From positions 124,001 through 188,000 of the forward strand of contig CBFFRQ010000095.1 of the NCBI GenBank assembly GCA_965644315.1: a stretch of DNA of 64,000 nt, given 5' to 3'. A program made the translations under genes and the position numbers. The notes beneath the pieces are model-generated. The model did not search any database. It had not been told where the DNA came from and was given only the letters and a program-made list of their open reading frames with translations. The DNA is from Caecitellus pseudoparvulus. Its lineage: Eukaryota > Protista > Bigyra: Bicosoecida. Shown here in pieces: positions 21,645 to 34,900 of the stretch; the first letter of the stretch is position 1, and every line of letters starts with the position of its first letter.

Positions 21645-24600
21645 CTAGGCGTACTTTCGGAGAAGCTCTTGAGCTCTTGCAAGGGCTGAGTTGGCTGAGT
21701 CGGGTCTAGCCTCTTGCTCAGGGTTCTTGAGTTGAGAGTGGGCAGGTGTGTGATGTTGGGCAAAGCCAAGCCGTGCTGCTCGTGCAGCAGCTTGGATGCG
21801 AGCATGGCGAGCTTCAGAGCTTTCGAGCACGGATTCAACCCTAGCACCTTGCGGGCTGCTGGAAGCTGACTCCTTGTGAAGTTCTGCTGAAGTGTGCGAG
21901 CGGTGGGGTCCGCGCAGAGTGGCCTGTGCGGCTTGGGTGCGTTGCGTTGGCCTCATTGACAGCACGCGTGACGCTGTAGCTCGCGCAGCTTGCAATGAAG
22001 GGTTCTGGCCATGAGTCTGGGGTCGAGTGGAACTGGAAGGGCTCCTTGCCGTTAGCGGTGCAGCAGCACTGGTCGGTGGCTTGCTTATGGATACATCGAA
22101 GTTGTTAAGGACGGAAACTGGGGACAGCTTGGTTGCGCTGGGTTGCGTTGCTCGGTGTCGCGTAGGTGCAGGAGGGCTACGGTCTGCTGGCCCAGAAGAA
22201 GGAAGTGCTGATCGGCTCGTTTTCATCGGACGTACACCCCCTGATGGCAAGCTGGGGAAGAGTTTTGGCTTCTCGGTTTCAAGCACTAGCTGGTTGTCCG
22301 ACTGGGCGCTTGCCAGCTTGTCCGCATCATCTGGGGTAGCCTGGCTTGCCGTCCGCTTGAATAGCTGCGAAAACGTCACATTCCGACCAGGCGAGAAGAC
22401 GGTGCTGGCCTCTGGTATAGTGGGCTGGATTCCCACTTCGGAAGGCCAGTACTGTGTGGCAATCGTCTGTATCCGTGTGCTCGGGTGCTGCGAGGATGAG
22501 TGGAGATCACCCCTGGCCTCCTGCGAAGGGGATGCTTCGGACCCAGCCCCGAGCGTCATCCGCGATTTGCGTCCTTCAATGGCACTAAACGTGTCTGGGC
22601 TCTTCATGTTCTCATCCATGTGCTTCCAGGTGCGCGTGGGAAGGGGTGCAGGAAAGTGCGGCTCTGATTGCACTTCCGCAATGGACAGTGACTTGCCATG
22701 CTCCGTTCGTTCCGCAGAAGGAATGCGCCAGTGAACCACACCTGAGGGCTGAGACGAAGGTTCTGAATCCGGGCCCATTGGCCTTTGGGTCGGAAGTTCA
22801 GTGTGCCTTTCGCTGACGGAGCCGAGCTGAGCAGTGTGTTCGGCGGCTGCCGCGCCGGCGTCGCTCTGCTCATCTGACCTAGAGAGACTGGCAAGCACTG
22901 CGGTTTGCTCCGTCAAGCCTACTTCGTCGCATGAATGTGCAATGGACTCGTGAGGCAAGGTTTGCGGTGGGCTTTCAGTCATTGGTTGCTTGCTGTGGCT
23001 GGGTTGGGCAATGTGGTGAGAGCCACGCAAGTGGGGAAAAGGAACATGCACGCGATGATCACCTACAGAGTAGGGCTGACTCCATCTTGCGCCGTGAGTA
23101 TGGCTACTCAGGCCAGTCGAAGTGTGCCAAGGCTCATACGTGTCCGCTGCAGGGCGCAAAGGCGGCTCCATTGGAGCTGGGAACGAAGCAGAATGTGCGG
23201 GCAGCTCAGCCTCGGGAAAAGCAAGGCTGGCTACTTGTCGTTGAGAGGGGTCTACAACATGCGGAAATGGAACGTGGGGCATGGCCGCCTCTTGTTGAAA
23301 TGGCTCAACTGGGGCCGGGTGTTGCGGCATAGTCTGGTTCTGCACAGGCTCCACCGGCTCCCGTTCTTCTGGGCTGGTGGCAGCTGGGATAGAGAGCCCC
23401 TCAGCTCGGGACACACTCAACTTGACCTCTTTGTGGGGGTGCGGTGGCTGCGGGCTCACGCTCTGCTCATGCCTTTGTTGCATGGCCCGAGAAGCTGCAA
23501 AGTCCAACAAGCGCGCAACGGTGTCTGCGGTGGAAGTCGGGGACATGAACCCCAAAACTCCTGGCTCTGTGCGAGCCGCTGGTGCCGGAGAGAGCCTCTG
23601 CACAGCCTCGTCCACGTCGCTCTGTACAGGCGGGCGGTGTGTGGCAGGCCTCGGTGGTGTCAGCCTGCGAACTCGGGCGGAACCTCCAAGGGAATCGCGA
23701 CCCTGCTCAGGACTAACGGGTTCAGCTCCTTCAGTGTGACCTGACTTCTTCAAGATAGGTCTCACGTACAGGCCCCTGAAAGCAAGCTGCCGTTGAGAGA
23801 CACTGAGCGCTTCGCTGCCGGTGCCCGTGAGCGCATGCTGCCCACCTGCCGTGACAACGGACGAGCCCGCTGCCTGGGATTTAGCGAGCTGCTGGTCCAC
23901 GTGGTGAGCGTCCAAGCTGAATCCATCTTGTTCATGTTCGGGGAATGCGTGTGACGCTGTGCAAGGCTCCACAGAGTCATCCGAACCATCCCTGTTGGGG
24001 CGATCTGTACCCCCACGCTCGCCCACTTCCGTTTCGACACCACTCTCGGGTTTCACACTCTCACCGCTGTCATCAACTGGACCCTCGCCCCCACAGCGTT
24101 CCGATCCTACACTGCTACTGCTGCCTACCTCAGAGCCACCACCCCCAGTGTCCTTCCCGCCACCACCTTCTGACCCACCACCCTCACTCTTACCAGGTTG
24201 GCTCTCACCCCCCTTGCTGCCATCAGCTCCTTCGCTTGAGCTGTCCCATCCCCCAGTTCTTGCTTCCCTCCTGTCGCACCCAGACTCTTCACCAGCACTT
24301 CCCCGCCCCCCAGTGACGGCTTCCGGCTCATCGCGCTCACCCCCTTCATCTGCAATACCAGATCCTTCAGTGCTTGCCCCTGCCTCGTCACAACCAACCC
24401 CTTCGCCGGCACTTCCCACACCAGCAGCGCCCTCACACGCAGACTGCCCAGATCCTTCGCCATGGTCGCTACTTTCTTCACCCAATGGTTCAAGATGCGC
24501 AGACCCACTCTCGCGTTCCTTGCTGTCATGATGGCTTTCGCTCGACACTTCCCCGTGCTGAATCACAGCCGACGCACCAGACAAGTCAAGAGTGGAGCAG

Positions 24601-27381
24601 CTGGACTCATCTGATTCCACCAGGTCAGAGTCTACGTCAAAGGGGAGGTGCACATCGCTGTAGTACAACGCTGCCCTGGCCTGCTTCATCGCATCCCCAT
24701 CAGCTGCATGAAGCTTGCGCTTGTCGGGAGAGGGACTGGAGCCGTCGAAACCCAAGACTCTGGCAATCGCTTGGCTGGCTGCGCTCGGGTGTTCATCCTG
24801 TGCGTGCTGAGGTTTCGCAGTCACAACCTCCATGCCGTCGGGTGGGGATGGTTGGGCACTCCCCACAGGCGCTTGCAAGGAAACATGCCACCTCTGCAGT
24901 TTGGCAGGCGGCGCACAGTACTCCCCTTCAAACGGAGCATGTGGGTCAGGCAGCGGGCTCGTCGCCTGCGTACCACTCTCCCCATAAGTCCGCTGCGGCG
25001 GAGATTTCCTCTGGCTATGGGGGCGTGATATGCGTGAAACTGATGGCACCGGGCTGGCCTCCTGCAGCACGAACTGGACAGGCTGAAACGCGCGGGGCTG
25101 TGCAGGCGGGGAATCGCCCCGCGACTGCAACTCCTCAGACTCCTCCAGATCATGGGGCAGTCCTTTGAACGTCAAGTGCAGGGTCTGTGTGTGCTGCGCA
25201 TCCTGGGAGGCTCCATCCGACACCCAGTCAGTTGAGGCGGTGGGCTGGCGTGCTGCGTACTGTGCGATGGAGGCAGCAGCGCCCCACTGCACGCCACGCC
25301 GGGGCTGAGTCAGAGCTTGTGGGCTTGCAAAGCCGCCGTCTTGCGCTGTTCGAGAAGGCAGGCACGACAGCGGGAGTGTCTGCGGCAGCCCGGCCGCCTG
25401 TGCGATGGCGGCGGCTGCTGGCCACAAGGCCACCGCAGTGGCGCCGCCCATGCTGCTTCGTTCTTTCAAAGGCACGTGTTGGCGAATGGATCCCAGCAGC
25501 ATGATCCCGTCCCTGTCTTGTTCGGGCCCCGCAATCACCCGCAGGGCTGCTTCCGCTGCCTGCGCCGTGCTGGGTGGCGGGAACAGGTCCTCCCCCCCCC
25601 ACGACCCGAGGGACTCCTCCAGCACACCCAGCGCATCTACACACGAGGCTTCATGCAAGGCGTTGAAGGCTGCTTGCTGCCACCTCCACTGGTCCGCCCC
25701 CGCAGCAGCCATGGCCACGGCCAGCGTGGCAACGAGTGGCGCCGGTGGAGGCACAGTGTGGTGGGCGAGGCCTGCCGCGATGACACGCGACGTGTCGCCT
25801 TGCAGGAACACCCTGGCGGGGCCTGAGGCGCGGGGCACTGTGCGCAGGGACAGGCCCTGTCCCAGCACTGTGCGCACATTCCCGCGCCGGGCAGTGTCCG
25901 GCTTGGCCTGTGCTGCTAACCCCACAATGTGTGCGTGTGTGAGGGCTAACGGCACCCAGCCACTGGTGGCAGTGTCCCCATGAGCCGTCCCATGTGCAGC
26001 AACTTTGCTGCTGTCTCCAGGCACGGGCGAGCACCACACCAGCTCCACGCCAGGGGAGCCGGCAGCCGCGTGCTGACTGCTCCACAAGGGAGAATGACTC
26101 TGCTGTTCCTCTGCAGTCCACGTGAATCCGAACGATGTCGCTGCGGCAGAGAGAGCCAGGACTGCGTCGACAGAAAACTGGTTCGCGGTGGCCAGGAGCT
26201 GCATGGGCACTGGGCACGGGCAGTGGGCCGGCAACGGCGTCAGCCGCGACAGGACAATGCCCCGCACCCGACTGAGCAAACACTGCAGTAGCTCAGGCAC
26301 ACACGCGTCTGTGGCGGCACAGCCCTCCACGTCAAAGACCTGCAGCGAGCCTGCGATGCCGGCGGTCGTGAGGCCTGCTGAGAGGTGCAGCGTGGCCGCT
26401 CGAGCCAGGGCCGTCACGCCTTCGTCACCGATGCTGTTCCCAGCCACCCGCAGGGTTTGGATGCGGGGGGCGTGCTGCGTCGCCTGCAGCGCCAGCGCGA
26501 GGGACGCCGCACCAGCAGGTCCCATGCCTACTCTGCGCAGGTCCAGGTGGCACAGCCCCTGCAGGAGGGTCGGCTGGGGTACGTGTGGTGGGGCGGGCGA
26601 GTCCAGGCTCACCCCCACCACAGGCACCTGGACACCAGCACGAGAAGCAAAGGCGGGGGGGTTGCCAGGCCGCTGTCCACTGAGGGCAGTAGCAAGCAGG
26701 CACACCCCCGTGTCACCTAGGGCGGGGTTGAACGCCACTCCCAGCCCGTCAAACGCCGGGTCCGAGCCTGCATCAGCCCGCTGCGCTCCCTGAGCAGCAA
26801 GCACATGTGCAGAGGACGCTGTGAGGCCGGTGTTGGAGAGCATGATGCTGCGCAAGGTGTGGCTGTGTGGAAGGCATGGGAGCAGTGTGGCGGCCCCCTT
26901 GTCGCCAATGGTGTTGTCAGAGAGGTCCAGCACTCTCAGCTGGCCGCTGCGTCGCACAAACTCCGCCAGCGCCGGCGCGACGGCGTGCGACAGGTGGTTC
27001 TCGCGCAGGGAGAGGTCGGTGACATCTAGAACTGGACGTCCACCCCCATGCGTGCCGAGCATGGCCTGCAGCATGGCAACGACTGCTTTGTCCGTGAGGC
27101 GGCACTGGTTCAGGTGCAGCGTGTGCAAGCTTGGAGCGCAATGCACCACCCTCAGCAGGACACCGACCGCCCGCCTCGTGACAAGGGCCTTGCCAGATAA
27201 ATCTACGTGATCTACATGTGGGGGATTCCGCATGCGCCCCCGTAACTCCGCGAGCCTGTGCAGAGAGGCGTGGAGTAGCCAGTGGGTGTGAAACGTGGGC
27301 GAAACGCAAGCGCCAAACCCACGGCCTAGCTGGCAGCTGGTGGGGCCTGCGGATGACATCCTGGGTGTGCCTGGACCACAT
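21645..27381 (-). CDS. Leucine-rich repeat (RNI/NLRC3-like LRR) protein with long disordered C-terminus; predicted intron 27322-27256
   Basis: LHTLHLNQCRLTDKAV, LSLRENHLS, LRVLDLSDNTIGDKGA, LRVAGNSIGDEGVTALA are RNI-type LRRs, followed by a Ser/Gly/Glu/Pro-rich tail. A 67-nt GT-AG intron joins ATG 27381 (MWSRHTQ...) in frame to the long ORF. Confidence 0.75.
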
Positions 27382-27625
27382 GATGTGTCAAGGCCCCGAT
27401 CGTGCGGAGCTGGCGACTCGCAGCCGTAGCCTGAGCGTCGTGAAGGGAGCAGCAGGCTCGGCTGGCTCAGGTGCACACCCGCAGCCAACGCCGCGCTGCA
27501 CTTGCCTGGCCACTGAGCGAAGTGGAAGGCTCCCCATGCACGAGGAGTGAAGGGGGTGGAAATGATCAACACCCCACGGCATCGATCCCACCACATGCCG
27601 TCCGCGATGTGAATTGTGTCCACAC

Positions 27626-28828
27626 TCATGACAAGTCCACTTCCCCGTCAGCGCCCACCTCGTACACGCCAGCTGCCCGGTTGGGCGCAGGTGCAGCGCC
27701 CCCTTGGTGCACGGAGCCATGGCGTGGGGCGGCGTTGTGCTGTGCCTGTGCCTGTGCCTGTGGGGGGCTTGGGCTGCTCTGTTCGACGTACATGTCAGGG
27801 ATGGAGGGGCCGAAGAAGACCTTGGACACGTTGGCCACGGAGCGGATCTTGGTGAACTCCAGGAAAGCCGGCGTCAGGCGCTTGGCGTTGGCCTCTGCCT
27901 CCTTCATGGACTTGTAGTGCTCCGCGTCCGCCAGTGCGCGTTCCCTGTCTACGTGCATGGCGTTGGAGATGTCAGCCATCTTGCGCCCAGCTTCCTTCTC
28001 CTCCAGCTTGCGCAGCATGTGCACGCGGGAGACGTTGGCGTCCTTCTGCGCAGACAGCGTGGCCAGGAGCTTCTCCGTCTGCGCCTCCATTTCGCGCACA
28101 CGCTGCACTTCGGTGGCGATGAGCAGCTGCGTCTTCTCCGCCTCCATGCGCTCGAAGTTCTCCTTGATTTGCGCAGGGATGCGGGGCTTGGTGACTCGCA
28201 CGCTGATGATTTCCACGCCCGGGGCCCACTCAGAGGCGCCCTGCTGCAAGGCTGCCTGCAGGGCTTCATCGAGAGTGTCGAACTTTGTAATGTACACCTC
28301 GCGCAAGGAGTGGGAGCTGCAGAACTGGTTCAACTCGTGGTGCACGCGGTCGAAGATGATGGGTCGGTCGTAGTGCACTGTGTAGTTCCTCACTGTCTCC
28401 AGCACGTGCTCCTTGCGCAGGCGGTTCACCACCTCCACTCGATCAAAGGACAGCAGCACACCGCCAGACGTGCCACAGGGGATGTTGCGCACGCTGTCAG
28501 TCTGGATCGTCACCTGCACCTGCTCCATTCTGAGGTGGCAGAGGGCAACTTCCGCATCCAGCACCACGCTCACTGGGAGGCAGCACGCAGCACGCACGAG
28601 TCGAGGTAGGGCACTTTCAGGTTGAAACCTGGCGTGGTTACTCGGTTTAGCAAGGCTCCGCCTCGCCAGTACACTCCGACATGCCCTGAGGGGAAGGCGT
28701 GGTGGCGTGCTGCGGAATGCTTGCTTGATTAGCAACACGCTCGCACCTTCCGACACTGTGTGAATGCCCAGGGGAATGGTGCCCAAGGCAAACAGGGCCA
28801 GAATGCCTCCAATGACTCGCAGAAACAT
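27626..28828 (-). CDS. ERLIN: Erlin (SPFH/band 7 ER protein); exons 28828-28747, 28685-28598, 28529-27626
   Basis: After splicing: N-terminal signal anchor, GHVGVYWRGGALL, VQVTIQTDSVRNIPCGTSGGV, HHELNQFCSSHSLREVYI and VRVTKPRIP, all hallmark erlin-1/2 motifs. Confidence 0.93.
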   Translation of the reverse strand: MFLRVIGGILALFALGTIPLGIHTVSEGASVLLIKQAFRSTPPRLPLRACRSVLARRSLAKPSNHARFQPESALPRLVRAACCLPVSVVLDAEVALCHLRMEQVQVTIQTDSVRNIPCGTSGGVLLSFDRVEVVNRLRKEHVLETVRNYTVHYDRPIIFDRVHHELNQFCSSHSLREVYITKFDTLDEALQAALQQGASEWAPGVEIISVRVTKPRIPAQIKENFERMEAEKTQLLIATEVQRVREMEAQTEKLLATLSAQKDANVSRVHMLRKLEEKEAGRKMADISNAMHVDRERALADAEHYKSMKEAEANAKRLTPAFLEFTKIRSVANVSKVFFGPSIPDMYVEQSSPSPPQAQAQAQHNAAPRHGSVHQGGAAPAPNRAAGVYEVGADGEVDLS

Positions 28829-28993
28829 GCCGTCAGCTCCTTGGCGTTGGCCGCGGGGTCTGAGTCCCTGGGCTAAGCCTGTCACGTGGCGACTGGCGCT
28901 GCGCTTGCACACGTGGTGCGAAGCAGACTACGTTGCGCGGCCGTCAAAGTGGGGGGAATGCGGCAATGCATAGCACGTGCATTCAAGTCGCCA

Positions 28994-31900
28994 CTACTGC
29001 AGTTTTGCCTCGGCGTCCTCGTCTGCCACCTGCAGCGGCAGCGACCCGCCGCCGCGCGCCAGGACGCCCGCCAAGGACACGAGCACGTCACGCAGCCCCT
29101 CCTGCACAGCGCTGCCCGGCACAAGGCGGGAGTGAGGCAAGAGCATCTGCCCCAGGCTGAGGAGCTGCTGCAGGGTGCTGTGCACTCTGCCGCTACGCGC
29201 AAACTGCGTCAAGCTGCGGCTGGCAGCGTCTGCTGCGGCTGTGGCCACGCCAGCTGCCTGCACCAGGGCCGCCTGTGGCACGGTGTGTAGTGTCGCGTGC
29301 CTCGCCTCCACGGCAGCCGCTTCGAGTGCTGATTCCTTGGTGCTCTTTCGGCTGCGGGCAGTGGTGGGCTGTGCCTCTGGCGACGGCCCACCTACCACTG
29401 CCACCACCTGCACCCACAAGCCCTCAGGGCACGCAGACGGCACCGCTGGTGCAGCGGGGGACGGCAGGAGCACTGTGAAGAGGCGGTGCGAGGTGCAGGC
29501 GGAGGGGTTCGGCCCCGTCCACACGCTCTGGCACTGCTGGCATGAGGCGGGGGCGGAGGCGGTGACACCCCCCTCCCCAGCTAACGCCTGCTCCTCGCTT
29601 GGCACAGCCCGCTGCAGGCAGGCCGCAGTGACGTCATGCACGGCCGTGCCCAGCACAGCCAGGGCCGGCAGCAGGTGGCAGGTGTGTGGCACCATGCTCG
29701 AGGCTGCTCGTGAGCGCAGTGCCTGCAGGCACGCGTGCACCTGCCCAGCAGGCACACCGTCAACACAGTGGGGCACCGTGCTCGCTTCGACTCGGGGGTC
29801 AGGCTGCTGCCCCTGCGCCACAAGGGTGACTTCGCTGTCCAGCACCGCCTCGGCGGCTGCCGCGACAGCGAGATCGGCGCGTGTCGCGTGAGGCAGGGCG
29901 GCGGCAGGGACGTCCAGGCCGGCGGGCGTGCTGCGGCCCTGCAGCGCCAAGCACTGCTGCACGGCAGCCAGCACAGACACCGAGTCGACTGTCCACATGG
30001 CATGCACGGGGCTGTCCATGGCACTGCCATCGGGACTCTCTTCGGGCCCTGCAGCGGGTGATGGTGGTGCCAGCGTGCTCTGGGCCTGCAACGCCACACA
30101 CCTGACTGCCGCCACTTCCTGCCACAGTGCTTTGGCGTGCGTCGAAGCCAGCGCTGCGTCGCTTGCGAGGGCAGACGCGACGGCGATCAGGGAAGCTTCC
30201 GCCTCCTGCATCCACGTCTGCACCATGACGGCGTCGTCGTGGGCGGCGGCCGCGACTCGCTCCGTCTGCACAGTGTGCAGGCGAGCCTGAGCGCACTGCC
30301 GCAGGGCGTGGGCGATGGAGAGGTGCACGGACACACGCAAGGCATCAACGGGGTGCTGCACTGCATCCAGCACGCCGAGCGCCAGGCGTGACTGCGCCAG
30401 ACCTTGCCGCAGCGCTTCGCAGTGCGCCGCTTGCACGCGAGGAGCGGTGAGCAGGACGCCCAGGCTGTGCTGTGCCGAGGCGTGCAGGGCCTGTGCCAGG
30501 GCAGGTGCAAAGGCGGTGCAGCCTTCGCGCCGCAGCCACCCTGTGCGGGGCGAGGCAGTGCCGGAGCTTGCCATGGCCAGTGCGCCCACCTTGCCCTGAG
30601 CCGCGCCCCCCGCCATGAGCAAGTGCACCGCCCTCTGTAGCAGGGAAGCAGCTGATGGTGTGCTGATGTCCATGCCTTGTTCCGCCAGGGCCACCCCTTG
30701 GCGCAGCAGGGTGGCTGTCGCAGTGCAGGTGGCGGCGAGGGTGGCCAGGGGTACTGCCCCCGCCACCAGCTGCCCCTGCAGACCAGACATGCCCCCGTGC
30801 AGTGCCGGGATCAGCAAGTCCAACACGCCCTCGCCCACAGCCAGCCCGCGGGACAGAGCTTGATGCAGAGTGGCCAAGGCTTCAGCCTGCAGGCCCAGGC
30901 GGACTTGCGCCTGGGCGGCCAGCAGACTGCAGTTCAGCTCAGCAGTCACGTCGTGGGCTTGTCGAGCCGCCACCACGGCGAGTCCAGCAGCCTCCGCGGC
31001 CTGTGACAGCGCCCCCACGCCCAGAAGAGCGGCGATGTTCAGCTGAGCGCACTGTAGCCAGAGTGTGCAGCCGGCAGGGGAGGACAAGGGGGGGTGAGCA
31101 GCCACCCCTCCATCTGCCCAGAACGAGGCAGCGCCCTGCTCTGCCCGGGCAGACAGCGCCTCCAGCAGCTCCCCTGCCACTGCGGCTGCAGCTGACGCGG
31201 CGTGGAACTGTCCAGCCACTAAGCGGGCGCCTCCGATCAGCAAGGCGGCCCGCACCGCTCGAGGGGATGGCGCAGCACCGCCGTCCTGCACATCCGCACT
31301 GCCCATGAGGCTGCACAGGGCCCAGCGGCCCCTGGCATCTGGCATGGGGGCGCGAAGCAGCCCAGCCTGCGCAGCGACGCGGCGGGCGAGGGCGACGGAT
31401 GCCCCCGTCAATTGCTGCGTCAGACCCATGGCTGAGGCCTGCAGGGGCGGCCCATCCCACGCGCCAGCACTGGGCAGCAGAGCTGTGGCGCTGGCGGCCT
31501 GCTTGTCCTTGCTGGAGCCGCGCTTGCCAGCGGACCGGGGGGACGAGGAGGTGGAGGAAGGGCGGGGCGAGGTGCCGTCGGTGCCCGGCAGCGGCCCCAT
31601 CCACACGCCGCCATCCATCGCAACGCCAGCGTCGCCAGAGCAGGGAGGCAAGGCAGGCTGAGCAGGGGCTGTGGCGGAAGTCTGCCGAGCACAAGCCAGC
31701 AGCACCTCAGCACGGGCCAGGGCCAGGTCTTGCACCAGGTCCCCCGGTACAGCGCCCAGCACCCCCTCATCCGGCACTAGGGAGGCGTCCGTCAGCCACT
31801 GCAGGGTGGGCAACGCTGCGGGGGATCCCACTGCCACATTGGGCGGCAGGGCGGGCAGGCGTGTGACACCCCCCGTGACGGCCTTGTCGGCAAGCGTGCC

Positions 31901-34900
31901 TGTCTGTCCCGCCGCCCCCGTTGGCGCCTGCCCCGGCCACACGTCACCACCGTACACCTTCGCCAAGTGGCCCGTGGCGGCAGGGAGGTCGCCGCCCCGG
32001 GCGCACGCCAGAGCCAGCCACACATGCACCTGCAGAGTCTGGGCTGGGCTGGCCAGGGTGAGGTGGGTCACGTGCAGCAGGCAGCGCAGCAGCGGCAGCA
32101 GCAGGGGCGTGTAGCGGCCGTCGGCGTGCGACAGCAGCCGCACAGCACAGTGCCGCAGCGCCAGCACGAACAGCGGCAGGGGAAGCAGGCGGCTGTGCTG
32201 CCACACCCGCCCGCCCAGAGCTGCCTCGCCCTCCTCCCCCACCCCGCACAGCAGGGCCGCCAGCGCGGCACACGCGTCCCTCTCCGCCTCATTCAAGGAC
32301 GCATCCGTGGCAGCCAGCAGGCCCGCGGCGGTGGCAGCCATGGCTGGCCCGCACGCCCCCATGCGCGTGAGGACGCCGGCCCCCAGGCCCTCAGGCGCGG
32401 GGGTCTTGGGGGGCGCATCCCCCCCCCTCGGCACCATGCCTGCCACCAGTCCTTGCCACACCCCCGGCTTGGCGCTGTCCAGGTGTCCGAAACAGGCGTC
32501 CAGGGCGTCACCCCAGGCTGCTGCAGCTGCCGCGGCAGCACCTGCCCCACCCACACTCATCGCAGCACAGCCTTGCTCCAGCAGGGCAGCGGACAGGGCG
32601 GGGGTGTCCTGTCTCGCACGCAGGGCTGGCAAGACCGCCTCGTACGCTGCCACGACGTCCCCAGCCTGGGCCATTAGGGAGGTGGGCGTGGGGGCGGGGT
32701 GGAACGTCACCGTCTGGCGCTGGCTGGGGCTGCGCAGGGCCCGCAGAATGCCCATGTGCCCGCCGCCGCCTGCACTGCCTGGCCGATCTACGAGGGGTGC
32801 GCCCTGCTCCTCGAAGGAGGCGGAGGCGGCGGCTGCCAGGTCCTCCAGCGCTTCCCGTGCCGCTGCCAGGCTGCGCTGCGCAGCGGGCGTGCTCTGGCGC
32901 AGGGCCTGCCGCCACCCTTCCAGCGCCTCTGCCCGTACGGTGCGAGTGGTAGCGGCACGCGCCAGCGCCTCCAGCGCCGCCTGCTCGCGGTCCAGTACCA
33001 GGTCCACGGCGCGTTGGGCGGGGTTCAGCATGTCCTGACCGTCGTCCACCAACAACGCCTGGCGGCGCTTGCGGCGCAGGTCGCTGTCCAGCAGTGCCTG
33101 CAAGCGGGTGGCTAGCTGCGCTGAGGTGTCGCTAAGGGTGGTGGCGTGCTGCACCGCCACTGCCGCACTGCACTGTGCCGCAGTGGTGCCCAGGGACACA
33201 GCAGAGGCTAGGGCCTCCTGGATGTCACCTGCCAGGGAGGAGCGGGAGAGGGCTGCGGCAGAGGCGGCGGCCGCCTCTGCCCGGCCCCGCACGAGGGCGG
33301 ACCAGGTGTCCAGGCGCGTGCCACCCACGACGCTGGAGGGGACGTCCCACGCCCCTGAGAAGTTCACCAGCGCACGGGGCGCGTGGCTGTGAGACGTGCC
33401 GACGCCAGACCAGGGCCCTGCCCCCGCCACGGGCGACGTGCCTCGCGTGGTGCCAGCAGCAGCCAGCACCCCCTCCAGCACGCCCGCCGCCGCTGCTGCC
33501 AGCTCGCCTGCTTGCTCCCACTGCCACGCAGACAGCAGGACGCCCTGGCACCAAGCCAGCAGGCGGGCGGCGGCCAGGACGTCGGCGATGTCCACGCGGG
33601 AGGTGGGGGTGGGGGGAGGGGACCCGCCCCCCTCCACACTGCCCCCCTCATCCTCCTCTGCCACCACCATGCCATCTTGATCGTCCACGCTCTCGCCCTG
33701 TACGTCTTCCTGCAGGGCCAGAGGGGCGGCGCCGCCCACCTCGCCTGACAGCACTGCAGTGGGGTGCAGGCCTGCCGTGGCCAGAGCGGCGCCGTGCGTG
33801 AGCATGATGCCGCCGCTGGCCACACCACGCAGCAAAGCGGCCGCCGCTGCCCCCAGCCGCCACACGGCAGCACAGGAACCCGTCACGGCCTGCGCTGCAG
33901 CTGTGACTTGCTCCTGCGCCGCAGTCACCAAAGCTGGCATGGCGGCCTCTGCCTCCGTCACACCCTCGCTCAGCAGCGGCTGCAGGGTGGAGGCGTCCAG
34001 GGAGGGCAGCATGTCGAGGGGGGCCGTGCCGACAGGGCTCATGCAGTGCCACGCCTGGGGTTGCACATGGTGTCGTGTGATGTGGGCCCACGCCCCGTCA
34101 CACGCCTCCGCCACGATGCCCCAGCCTGCACTGGCCACGCCCAGCACAGCGGCGTCGGCTGCCGTGTGCAGCACCGCAGCGGCACAGGCTGCCGTGTGCA
34201 GAGTGGCCAGTTGGCTGGCCTGCTGCGGCGAGGCACAGCCCTCCACCAGCGCCAGCACGGCGTGACCTGGCGCCCCCGCCGCACACCTGGACCAGGCTCG
34301 CCGCACCGCCGCCTCATCCAAGGAGGGGGGCGGGCAGGGAAGGGAGGGTGTGGGCACGGGCTCCAGGGCGGCGGGTGGTGGGGGCCCATCGCCGGGGGCC
34401 ACCTCCAGCCCTGCCGCCCGGTGAGCTGCTGCTGCCGCGTCAGCCGCCGCCACCTCGCGGGCTTGCTGCACGTCGTCGGCGCACAGCTGGCGCACATCCA
34501 GCAGGGGGCCAGTGGAGGGGCCCCGAGGCGCCGGCGTGCCTGAGTGAGAGGCGTCACTCCACGAGGCGGCCCAGGAGGGCAAGGGGCGCCCCACCACCCC
34601 CCGCCACGCCGCCGCCCCCGCTCGCAGCCCCGTAGCCTGCAGACGCGCCAGACACAGCAGCACGTGGCGGTGGTTAGCAGACAGGCCGCTCGTGGGCAGA
34701 GCCCCAGGCGCTCGCTCGGCACTGGCGGCCAGGACATCCTCCCACCGGACACCCGCCTGTGCCAGCGGCACGGACAGCGGCACGGGGTTGTCCAGAGCAG
34801 CCTGACGAGCCTCCGCCACCGCCACGGCGCCTGGTCCAGCCATGGCTGCCGTGGCCGCTTGGTCCCCGCCCTCCTTGCCTGGCAAGTGCCGGTGCAGGGC

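Noticed and set aside
27626-27629. ATGA overlap of the erlin stop with the start of the 1994-aa LRR ORF, suggesting bacterial-style translational coupling
   Set aside because: A canonical 67-nt intron (27322-27256) links ATG 27381 in frame to the LRR exon, giving a normal ~245-nt intergenic gap. The ORF extension to 27629 is most likely a GC-rich open-frame artefact.
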